A stretch of 58,258 bases of DNA, counting the filler, from Nemertoderma westbladi (lineage: Eukaryota > Animalia > Xenacoelomorpha): NCBI GenBank assembly GCA_032718475.1. It is 2 parts of 2 records of this genome, joined end to end, with 100 filler letters (N's around TTAATTAATTAA, not from the genome) between each part and the next. Parts side by side here need not be neighbours in the genome. Positions count along the whole stretch, not along the records: positions 28,585 to 58,258 come from JAUCBJ010006627.1; 1 more part is not named here. One strand, written 5' to 3'. This document shows positions 37,902-48,968 of this stretch, piece after piece (position 1 is the stretch's first letter; each line of letters begins with the position of its first letter). The notes beneath the pieces are model-generated. The model was not told where the DNA came from. It searched no databases and was given only the letters and a program-made list of their open reading frames with translations. The translations under genes and the position numbers were made by a program.

Positions 37902-38990
37902 TTAGTAGTGGAGGCTGTTCGTCGCAGGCGCGAGACACAGTCTACAGATGGAAGTGTCGGTCGGTCGCCAACATCGCTCGTTTGAACACATCTTATGGTG
38001 GTACCCGTTTGATATTAATTGCGCAGCTGTCAATCGTCGATACCCCGTCAGAGGTTGAAGGTGGGGTTCCGATGTAGCTGCCTGATCGATTGCAGATAAG
38101 ATTGCGGTTGTAGAGGCGTATTTACTGATCCCGCACCACATTTTCCAGAATAGGCCTCGGATTTTTCTGACATGTTCTAATTCATTTTCATTTAGCTGTG
38201 CACCATCAGGAGTAAATGTTTTGCAGCCATATGTAATCGATGGGATTACAATCGATTTCCAAAGGCGTTGTGCTGAGTTCATGCTGATGGTTCTTAAGCA
38301 AATCGTGGTTGCTAGGCGAACACAGCAAGCGAGGCCTTTGTTGTACAAATGGTCGTAGTGTTTCGATGGGAAATTTTTCATTGATAGCAGTACACCGAGG
38401 TATAAGTAGGAGTTCTGGAACTCAATTGGATTCCCCATGTAAGTTAAAACATCACTTCTTGACAGTGGACCACCTTTTCGAAATTTCACAGCCTTTGTCT
38501 TTTTTAAATTAACACGGAGATTGTTCGAATTACAGTATTCAGCCAATCTATCGAGACTCGTTTGAACATCCTCAATTGAGTTTCCTACGATCACGAGATA
38601 CGTCGGCAAACATAATTACCCAGCAGCAGACCGCTGTCAGTGCCGCAGGAAGGTCTGAGATAAACAAACTAAACAGTAGCGGAGACAATTGCACTAGCCC
38701 GATGGTCTGTTTGCCTGATTTGTCTGATTGCATCTAGACTGTAACCTGCAATACTTATACAAACAAAATTAATTGCAAGAAATGCCCAAATTGTGGCGAT
38801 AAATTTCCTGCTGATTCCAATCGCTGATAGCTTGTGGACAAAGTGTTTCCTGGTTTACAGATTCGAAAGCTTTTTTAAAGTCAACGAATACACAATAAAT
38901 GTGTCCCCTGGATGGGTTAATTGCTGTTTCGTTCTATTAACCATTCTATTGCATTGCATAATGTCCAGATTATCTGCCCTGCACTCTCAA
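37902..38990 (-). pseudogene. RTE/RTEX-like RT 3' fragment, frameshifted
   Basis: VFVDFKKAFESV, LSPLLFSLFISDLP, MFAD, VNLKKTK, YLYLG, Cys/His-rich tail. Confidence 0.8.
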
Positions 38991-39318
38991 CATATATTAT
39001 TAACCTAGAGTTAGAATCTAGTGAGGGTACAACACAGTTTTTTTTTTAGTTTAGTTTTATTTCTTTTAATCACGTTAAAACTCAATATAGCTAAAACTCT
39101 ATTGAGGCAGTACGCACAAAAGTACACACTGATAATTTGAGTGATTAAGCGTCACAGAGCCAATGCTACTATGTAACATTATATTCTAGTACATACATAA
39201 TAATTATCCAATATTAAGACATATATTTAACTAATATTACACTACAAATTACACTAATACAATTAATAAAACAACAAAGCACAAGGTAGGGAGTGACGCG
39301 GAATATTTATGTATCATC

Positions 39319-42300
39319 TCATTTATATTGATATAGATATAGATATAGTAATTTTATTTTATTTTTAAATGCGTTTATTGATGTGCAGATCCTTGCATCT
39401 TTGGGCAATTTGTTCCAGATTTTTATTAGATTTACGACTAAACTTTCATGTCCATATCTGTTTTTAGTTTTGGGAATCTTGATATTTTTTGTTCTTGAGT
39501 TTATAATTAGATTTTTATTAGATTGAAAAGGTAAGTGCAGTGTTTTGAATGGTCGCGATAATTTATATATGTATTTGAAGAAATATATAAGACCAAAGTA
39601 TTCCCGTAAAGCAGCCAGCAATGGAATTCTTGCTCTTTCCCTGAGTTCAGTACCAGTCGTATCTTTTACTTTTTTGCCAAATATTGTCCGTAATGCATAG
39701 TTTTGAACTTTTTCGAACTTGTATAGTGCTTCTTTATAACCATATTTATCATGTAGTGATATTAGTAGCTGACAACAGTAATTGTGATATGGAATTGTAA
39801 GAGCCTTATATATATGTATCTTTGTCCTATTTGTTAATTGCCCCTTAATATTACGCAAACATGAAATACTTACAGTCATCTTTTGTAAGATATGTTCCAT
39901 ATATTCTTTCCATTGTAGTTTTTTGTCTATTTGTACTCCTAAATATTTAACTGATTGAGATTGAGATGTTGGTTTTGTTCCCTCTATATTTAATGTTAAA
40001 ACAGATTCTGATTTATTTTCCTTAGGTGAGAGTAGTAAAAATTCAGTTTTTGATGGATTTAGTTTGAGGTGGTGTTCTTCAAAGGTTTTATTTAGTTTTA
40101 GAATTTCAGTTTCTAGAACATTTACCGCAGTTTGATGAGTTACATGTGCTGTATATATCACAGTGTCATCTGCATATTGTATTATATTTGTATTGTTCGT
40201 ATGGATATCAGGAATGTCATTTGTGTACATTGTGAATAGTAAAGGCCCAAGTATTGTCCCCTGTGGTGCGGTGCCCCTTTCGTTCCTGTCAGCCATGAAG
40301 AATTTGTGCTACCCAATTTAACCCTTTGCTGCCTATTAGTTAAGTAATTTCTTATGAGATCAACTGCCGTATTGTGAAAACCCATGTTAGGAAGTTTATG
40401 TACGAGTAAGTTTCTATTTATAGAGTTAAACGCCTTACTTAGGTCCAAAAATGCTACTGCTACATATTCTCCTTTGTTTAAATTTTCCCGCCATGATTCT
40501 GTTATATTTTCGCATCCCCTGTTGAATACCCCTTTCTAAATCCAAACTGCTTAGAGTATAATAAATTGTGTTTATTTATGTGTGTATATATTTGGTTAAA
40601 AATTATTCTTTCGAAAACCTTAGCTAAAGGAGATGTTACTGCTACCGGTCTGTAGTTTATTGGATCATCAATATCACCATTTTTGTATACTGGAGTTACA
40701 CTAACTAATTTAAGTTTATCTGGAAATATCGATTTGGTCAAGCTTTGATTAATTATATATGTCAGTGGTACCAGGATATATGTTGCTATTAATTTTATAA
40801 TTTTAATTGGTATATTTGATGGCCCACTAGATTTGTTATCTTTTAATTTATTTATTATTTCTAAGACTTCAATTTGTGTTATACATTTAAATGCAAAATT
40901 TTCTTCGATGCTATTTCTATTATTTATGGATGAGTTAAATTGTTTTATGTTTTGTCCAATGTTTGGATAAAAGTTCCCAAGATTTATAAAGGTCTCATTA
41001 AAAATTTTTAGTATTTTCTGTTTATCTATTATAATATTTCCGAGATGTTTTAGACTGCATATTTGGTTTAGTTTTTTCTTGTTGTTGAGAATCTTATTGA
41101 TTAATTGCCACCTTTTCCTGCTGTCTGTTGCTTCCAAAAATTTATTTTTGATATATTTATTTTTTAAGTTGCTGTTTAAAGAGTTAAATTTATTTCTTAA
41201 TTTCTTATATTGTTTATATACAGAATCGGTTTTTGTCTGTCTCCACTGCATAAATTTTGCATATTTTTCTTTTCGTAAATTATCTAGTTCTGTAGTGTAC
41301 CATTCCCTATCTTTGTTGCATTTATCAGATGTACTATTAGTTTGTAGTTTCCTTCTGTAAGGTGCATATTTATTCAGAATTATTTCTACATTGGTTTCAA
41401 ACATGTCATATTGTTTATTTATATCAAATTCCGTGAGCAACGATTCCCATCTTATTTGCTGTATTTCATTCCTAAATAAATTTTCATTAAAGTTTTTAAA
41501 ATCTCTATATGTTTCCCATTCGTTCTGTCGTTTTATCCTGTTACTCATCTTATGGTTTATTTCCATTATAGTGAAATCATGATCAGAGAATTCACAAGGC
41601 AGTACGCTAAAATTAGATATTAATTTGGCATCAATGTTGGAACAAACTAAATCAATAAGTGTTTCAGTGGTTTTTGTTATTCTTGTAGGGGTGTCATTAT
41701 TTATGAGTGATATACAGTATAAGTTCAGTAGATCTTCAAGTTGTTTTTTTTTGGGATTTTGTTTTTCTTTTAACATGTTTATATTAAAGTCTCCCTGTAT
41801 TACGATTTTTTTTATTTGGCTCTAATGTTAATGCATGTTCTAGCTCTTCCGATATGTTATCAAAAAATAAATTTCTTGACCTAGGGGGATTATATAGTGT
41901 ACAAATTAAATATCCATCCATTTCAATCCATATGGATTCTAATCTATTACATGATTTTATGTCGTGACGTATTTTACTATTTATTCCATCTGGCACATAA
42001 GTTACTACTCCACCTCCCTTCCGTGATTTGCGATCCCGGCGGTATGTTGTAAATCCATTAATACTTATAATCTTATCACTATGGTAACGTTTTAACCATG
42101 TCTCCGATACTGACACAATGGCATTCTTGGACCCCATTAAGGCATCACGTAAATCATCCATGTGTTTAATTAAACTGCGGCTATTTATGTGTATAAATAT
42201 TGTCCCATGGGTATGTGCTTGTAAGTATGTTTTCAAGTCGTGCATTTGGTTCATCTGTACAGGTCCGGGATTTGGGTGTATGTCTCCTGCTCTTAGTAGT

Positions 42301-43274
42301 AGAATATGTAAAGTGAGTATAAATATTAAAACTGTGTCTAATACATAAGAACGATACAGCTGAAAACTAAAAATACATGGTAACATAATTTGATATATCA
42401 TTTCTGTCGTTTGCTTTCTATTTATTCTTAAACCCATTTTAGTTGGTCCAAATTCTCTGATCCTTTGAAGATTTTTGAAAGATTCCGTAAAAGTATGCAG
42501 TGTTAGAGTTGTGTTTGCAGTATATAACCCCATAATAATATATAATTTTATAATAATTAATACAATTCTATGGCTTATTCTAATTTGCCGCCCTTTTTTT
42601 CCATATTTCTTTTGATTGAACTTAAAATATTCCGTTTCAGATATTAAAAATATTGCACAAATTAAACTTACATAAAATATAGTTATATTCGTTATGAAGT
42701 CGGTATGTTTATTTAGACAATAGGTGAATAAGGAAATATTACTATATTGCACAGAAATTAAAACAATTAGGGTTACAGTTATCTTCAGTACTTTTTGTAG
42801 ACGCTGCTTTATTATATTTATTGTCCAGTTTCTTATCTCGCTACTTTTTTTATACTTGACAATTTGCAATTTGGCCCTATGACGCTTATTACTACAATAA
42901 AATATATCATAATAAAATGGTTTATATATTAAAATCAGTAACGGTATTATCATTATAAGTACAGTCGCCATACCAATATGTAGACACAATACAACTAAGG
43001 CCATTATTGCACATAAAAATATTGACACAAATATCTTGCATGTTAAAATAATCACAATAGTTAAAACGATTCCAGTGTATATTAACAATATCTCCCGAGA
43101 TATGACTATGTTTAAAATAATACTTAATATTAACTCGACATTATTAATTATTGATTTATTTATACTTAAAGAAATATTTGGGCATTGATATATATTTAAG
43201 AAAAGGAATATACTAATAATAAGTGATGCCCTGAAAGTTTCGTTTACGAATGATGTAGAATTATTAACGAATAA
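39319..43274 (-). pseudogene. ORF2: hydrophobic multi-TM leader, 2A-like GDIHPNPGP, APE, RT; three frameshifts (~41808, ~40505, ~40272)
   Basis: HINSRSL, SETW, GGGV, SDH, NYRPV, QFGFR, DLSKAF, PQGTILGP, YADD. Frame is open ~62 codons upstream of the listed 43088 start. Confidence 0.9.
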
Positions 43275-43328
43275 TTAACAAGTTAGTATATAGTATTTAT
43301 TTCCAGTAAAAATTCAATGCAATTACGA

Positions 43329-45542
43329 CTACATCGCTTGTAATAATTGGATTACAGCGTTTATTGTGCCCTCCTTTTGTGACTTCTGTTTGTTGGGTAT
43401 GGGTATATTGGCCGATGAAGTATTAGGTGTTTCGGTAGGGGTTTTCGTCGCCTGGGTAGGGGTAGGTAACAACACTTTGCGTCGAAAGGAAACACTGCCG
43501 CCTATCTGAGCTCCCTCCCCCCTACTTGCCCCTTCCCGACCATGTGTTGTATCTATACAACTATCCGTATTTGTCTTATTTATAACCATAGGTATACGCT
43601 GCGTTGGTCTCTTATTCAAGTGTTGTATTATGGACATTGCTAGTAGATGTATGAAACGTTGTGAGATATGTTTTGCATCATACAAGTGAATGGAGGATAT
43701 TTTTTCATGTTTGGAGTATATGATGTTATATTTTTTGCATATCTTATTAATATGTTCGTTTGCCGATGCTACATCATGACAATGATAGTCATTCCGTGGT
43801 AAGATTGATGATAGAACAATTTTTGAATCTGGCCATGAAGTTTTTATTATTTCAATAGCTTCCTTGATATTACCGAACATTTTTGTTTGTGATTTTTTGT
43901 TGTCTATGTCGTTTGTACCTGTATGTATATATATTTTTTCGATGTTAGGATACTTAGATTTTGCACTCATGATATTTATCAGTAAGTCTTGTGTTGTGGG
44001 TGTTGGTATCATTCTGGCATTTTTATCTATTTGTCGTGGTGATATATATCTACGATTTGAATCCATGAACATTAGACATGTTATATTTGTCCAACCCGAC
44101 GCTTTCCTCGGTGGAATCACATTAAATACATCCTCTGCAGAAGGCGGAACACCTTCACTCATCCTGGAAGTCGGAACCCCGTCGCTGATCCCGGAAGTCC
44201 GAACCCCGTCGCTGATCCCGGAAGTCGGAACCCTGTCGCTGATCCCGGAAGTCAGAACCCCGTCGCTGATCCCGGAAGTCAGAACCCCGTCGCTGATCCC
44301 AGAAGTCGGAACCCCATCTCTGATCCCGGAAGTCGGAACCCTGTCGCTGATCCCGGAAGTCGGAACCCTGTTGCTGATCCCGGAAGTCGGAACCCCGTCG
44401 CTGATCCCGGAAGTCGGAACCCCGTCGCTAATCCAGGAAGTCGGAACCCCGTCGCTGATCCCGGAAGTCGGAACCCCATCGCTGATCCCGGAAGTCAGAA
44501 CCCCATCGTTGATCCCGGAAGTCGGAACCCCATCGTTGATCCCGGAAGTCGGAACCCCATCATTGATCCCGGAAGTCGGAACCCCGTCGCTGATCCCGGA
44601 AGTCAGAACCCCGTCGCTGATCCTGGAAGTCGGAACCCCATCGCTGATCCCTGAAGTCGGAACCCCGTCGCTGATCCCAGAAGTCAGAACCCCGCCACTG
44701 ATCCCGGAAGTTGGAACCCCGTCGCTGATCCTGGAAGTTGGAACCCCGTCGCTTATCCTGTAAGTCGGAACCCCGTCGCTGATCCCGGAAGTCGGAACCC
44801 CGTTGATGATCCCGGAATTCGGAACCCCGTCGCTGATCCCGGAAGTCGGAACACCGTCGCTGACTTTCCTCACAGATGTTGGAATCCTCCTCCTGTTATC
44901 ATTGTTATACATAAAGTTTAGTTGTTGCTGTAATATTCTAATAGTATCTTTATTTTCCTGAACCTGTATATTCATTGCGTCTATCTTGATTAAAAGTCCC
45001 TCAAGACATAGGCCTGTATCACTTGGCCTACAATTGGCAGGTAGGCCTACCGGTATATTCGCTGATATCGGGGTAAATGTCTTTTGCCAGTCCGAATATT
45101 CGGGTTCTATTTCTATTTTTTCGACCAGATTATCTCTTTCAGGGGTGGCCTGAGGGGGAGGTGGTGTTTGTATGGGATGGCAAAGGCCTGTATAACTGTT
45201 GTCCCAGATAGTTGTGGATACCGATGAATCCCGAATGGACGTTTTGTCGTTGCAAATATGTAGGATGGTATCATCATATAGGCCTAGGCCTATGGTATCA
45301 TATGCAGAGTATGAATTGTTCTGTTGGATGTTGTTGTTACCTGGAAATGTTATGGTGTAAGATGTGTCTCCTATTACCGGTATTTCTTGTGGTTGCTCTT
45401 TAGGTGATTTTATGTATTTTAGAGCTTTAATGAGCATTTCTGCCCTGGTGCCAGATGAGTCGATCCCGTGGTCCATTAGGTATGTCTTTAATTTTCCGTT
45501 ACTCATTTCCGTCAGTTCCTCCTCATCCTGTGAGTTATTCAT
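43329..45542 (-). CDS. ORF1p: SAP domain, coiled coil, 9-aa repeat tract, SGNH/GDSL esterase
   Basis: SAP-like LTEMSNGKLKTYLMDHGIDSSGTRAEML; esterase blocks FMDSN, HTGTND and DAKH. Confidence 0.87.
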   Translation of the reverse strand: MNNSQDEEELTEMSNGKLKTYLMDHGIDSSGTRAEMLIKALKYIKSPKEQPQEIPVIGDTSYTITFPGNNNIQQNNSYSAYDTIGLGLYDDTILHICNDKTSIRDSSVSTTIWDNSYTGLCHPIQTPPPPQATPERDNLVEKIEIEPEYSDWQKTFTPISANIPVGLPANCRPSDTGLCLEGLLIKIDAMNIQVQENKDTIRILQQQLNFMYNNDNRRRIPTSVRKVSDGVPTSGISDGVPNSGIINGVPTSGISDGVPTYRISDGVPTSRISDGVPTSGISGGVLTSGISDGVPTSGISDGVPTSRISDGVLTSGISDGVPTSGINDGVPTSGINDGVPTSGINDGVLTSGISDGVPTSGISDGVPTSWISDGVPTSGISDGVPTSGISNRVPTSGISDRVPTSGIRDGVPTSGISDGVLTSGISDGVLTSGISDRVPTSGISDGVRTSGISDGVPTSRMSEGVPPSAEDVFNVIPPRKASGWTNITCLMFMDSNRRYISPRQIDKNARMIPTPTTQDLLINIMSAKSKYPNIEKIYIHTGTNDIDNKKSQTKMFGNIKEAIEIIKTSWPDSKIVLSSILPRNDYHCHDVASANEHINKICKKYNIIYSKHEKISSIHLYDAKHISQRFIHLLAMSIIQHLNKRPTQRIPMVINKTNTDSCIDTTHGREGASRGEGAQIGGSVSFRRKVLLPTPTQATKTPTETPNTSSANIPIPNKQKSQKEGTINAVIQLLQAM
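44143..44864. repeat. 27-bp coding minisatellite, ~26 copies (GVPTSGISD)
   Basis: Unit CCCGGAAGTCGGAACCCCGTCGCTGAT. Confidence 0.97.
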
Positions 45543-45629
45543 TTCTGGTTAGAGACAGAAAGGTTCTGTAGTCTGATAGTCTGTAGACCTATTTCTTTAA
45601 GTTACCGGTTTCACAGTTCTGTTCCTCCT

Positions 45630-47340
45630 TTGAATTGTATTGGACCAGTTGTCCTCTCTCTCAATGTAGTAACCAATGCCAATATATTCCGTGGTACCGG
45701 TACCAGTGCAGTGATTATAGATCACGTATACATATCACAGGGCGACCCAGCAGCTTTTCCTTGGTATGCCTTGTCAGTCTCTCCCCTCATCTATAATAGC
45801 AGCAACAAGATAACATCCGCCTGGTTTGCAGATGACAGTAATGGAGGCTGGTAAATTGTTAGAGCTTCGCCATTGGTGGACATACCCATCAATGGACCTA
45901 CATCTCCATGCATGGTACTGGAATTGGGTATCATCCAAATGCGGAGAAATCTTTGTTGGTTGTTAAACCTGAGTTAATGGATTCGGCAAAGGAGATATCT
46001 GATGGAGTTGATGTAAGCATCACTGATCAGGGCCAGCCCCTTCTCGGATGTGCTATAGGTACAGCTGGCTGGCTATATTGAAGCATACACCAAAGCTAAG
46101 ATTTCAGATTGGTGTACTTTGGTTGATCGTCTCTCTGAGTATGCAGAGACAGAGCCCCATTCATCATATGCAGCATTTACCCATGGGGTTAGTTCGAAGT
46201 GGACTTTCTACCAGAGATGTACTAAGGGTATTAACAACCTGTTTATACCACTCGAATCATCAATACGAAATCGTTTGATTCCAGCTCTGACTGGGAACTT
46301 CTATGATGACAATCTCAGAGACATTGTGAGCCTGCCAGTTCGGCTTCGAGGCCTAGGTATAGCTAATCCGAATTCCACATGCGACATTCAATTTGCTAAC
46401 TCCCAGATAATTTCTAGCCCACTTAAGGAAGCTATCCAGGTCAATGCTAGTTACATCGACATATCTCTATTAAAAGATCAGAAATCATCAAGATCTACTG
46501 TAAGTGCCATTAATGCACTAAGGCAGAAGAAGGAGCTGGCTGGTATTACGGCCGTGTGTGGCCTGCTCTAGAGCGTTCTCTACAACTGGCTCAAACTTCT
46601 GGGGCTTCCTGCTGGTTAACAGCATTACCACTTGACTGTGAAGGGTTTCTACTAAGCAAGACAGAGTTTTGCGATGCCATCTCACTTCGTTACGACCTCC
46701 CAATAGGTGGTCTCCCAACACATTGCGTCTGTTCCTCATCCTTTTCACCGGATCATGCTATGATATGTAAGAAGGGCGGCTTCATCGCATTAAGACATAA
46801 TGAGGTGCGTGATTTGCTTGCTGGCCTTCTTACAGAAGTTTGTCATGATGTCGAATTTGAGCCGAGGTTACAGCCTCTTTCTGGTGAAGTTTTATCGCCT
46901 ATGACTGCAAACAGGTCCAATGAGGCCCACCTAGATATTGTAGCACGAGATCTATGGACATGTCATTCAAAAACATTCTTTGATGTTTGTATATTCGATC
47001 CTAATGCACCTTCATACAAAGATACCCCTCTTCCGGCACTATTTAAATCCCATGAGAATGAGAAATGCCGACAATATAACGACCGCATCATCAATGTAGA
47101 AAGAACTTCTTTCACTCCTCTAGTCTTCACTTCATGGGGTACCACTAGCTCAGAATCTAGCCGCTTTCTAAAGCAACTGTCTCTACTGCTGGCAGAGAAG
47201 CATATCCGGCAGTAGCTCACTGGTTGCGTTGTAGATTGTCGTTCAGCCTGGTGAGATCTGCAGGAATGTGCCTCAGGGGATATCGATCTCCATGGCGTCA
47301 AACTCTTGTCTCTACTGATGATCCACAGCATGTTCCTTAA
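45630..47340 (+). pseudogene. Decayed CRE-clade non-LTR retrotransposon (RT, Zn finger, RLE)
   Basis: QGDP, WFADD, LPVRLRGLGI, GASCWL, H...C..GG....RHNEVRD, FFDV..FDP, FTPLVF. Confidence 0.88.
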
Positions 47341-48029
47341 ATGCCCCCCCACCCCCACTTTTGGAATTCAATATTGAAGAATATGCATATGGATATCCAA
47401 CTAAAGAAAAGCTGGTCACCGTTATATCTTATAAAATATGTCACATATTATAATTGATGTATTTAGATTATTAAACCTATAACAACCTGTTAAACAAACA
47501 GGCATACTGCTGTTGCCAACCAACTCATAAAATAAATAATACATTCTAGAATTTTTTGTATTTATTAAATAGAATAAATGGCCTGCAGTGAACAATAATT
47601 CTTGCAATCTTTGAACGCCTATCTCAGCTGTTTCTCAACGAAATTCAAACATATTACTTTATTATGTTACATATTTGGAATCCTTGCAACGCAAGCTTTC
47701 TAATGATATGAAAAAAATTACGACTAATGTGAAGAATGGCAATGATACGGATGGTGCGATTTCGCAAAAAACACTTTTTTAAAACGCTTATAAAAAATTT
47801 TTTAAGGCGAAATCGAAAATTCCGGTACCAACCACGGTAACCATGGTAACAACCACGGTGAGTTGAACTAGTTGTGTTTCAAATTTCAAGCAATATGATA
47901 AAGATTTGTAGAAAAATTTGGGGGGGGGGGGGGTCTGTGTCATCAGAAAATGACACTATATTACGGGTCATGGTGTATCATTGCATTGTCGTCCAGCTAC
48001 TTATGAAATAAACAATATGTTCCAAAATA

Positions 48030-48300
48030 TTATTTCCCCTATTCTATTTTTAATACATATTAATGACCTCCTGAACGCTACTTCCTTACTAGCTATGCTA
48101 TTAGCAGACGACACCACACTGTATCAGTCTGACTAATCTAAATAATCTAATCAACAATATTAATCTACAACTAACCAAAATCTCTGACTGATCTATATGA
48201 TAGTTTAAATCAATTCACCTGAAATACATGATAACAATATTATTACCTGTATAAAAACTGAATATTATTAATTTTAATTACTACTTAATATTTGATTCCA
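48030..48300 (+). pseudogene. Short RT remnant (CR1/L2-like)
   Basis: PILFLIHINDL...LADDTTLY. Confidence 0.65.
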
Positions 48301-48352
48301 GTAATAAAACTAAACTACAATATTTTCTTACTCAATTCAATTTATTTCCTTC

Positions 48353-48968
48353 TGTGACGGGATCCGAGTTGGCGAGGGATCCCGACTGGTGTGTGTTTCG
48401 AGTTGTATGGGAAATACGCGTCGCCGCGTCCGCTTAGTCACTGAAAGGCTGTTAAGGGACTGAAAGGCTGACAGGCCGGTGCAACAAAGATGGAGTTTAG
48501 TTATTGTTGTTGATAATCTCAGATGTATGAGTAGCGGTAATATAGCACAATCAGTATTGCACAATGACAGCAGTAATGACGATGGTTTAAACCGTTTAAC
48601 TTCTACTCTGAATACTAGCCAACTGAATCATAATTAACACTGAGTAACAGTTATATGGACATTACATGGAAGATTACACACACACATTGCTTACTGTATT
48701 GACCTACCAATAGATACGCGCTAATTGATGGTGTACCGCCCCACTATTGATTGGTTTACTTCCCCTAGCCACTCCCTGTCTTTCCTGGCCCTGTGTTGGC
48801 TTCCCCCTGAGATGTATTGGCATCTCTCTCTAGCTGGCAGTATATATTGCCTCATTCCCTCTGGTATGCAATATCGTGTTGGGCAATATTGTATATCTAA
48901 TCGTAATTTGTAAATCACGATTTCCCAATTTTCTCGTTGGGTGGTGCAGCGGATTGGATCCGCTAATA
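48353..48968 (-). repeat. 3' LTR (~616 bp)
   Basis: TG at 48353; matches 54864-55262; abuts the PPT. Confidence 0.82.

Larger units (their letters stand above)
39039..45625 (-). mobile_element. Full-length L2/CR1-group (Crack/Daphne-like) LINE with esterase ORF1 and multi-TM-2A-APE-RT ORF2
   Basis: AATAAA + A-rich tail at ~39039-39062; two ORFs; 5' limit approximate; clade is inferred. Confidence 0.88.

Noticed and set aside
43864-44763. 299-aa plus-strand ORF
   Set aside because: Antisense shadow of the 27-bp minisatellite in ORF1.
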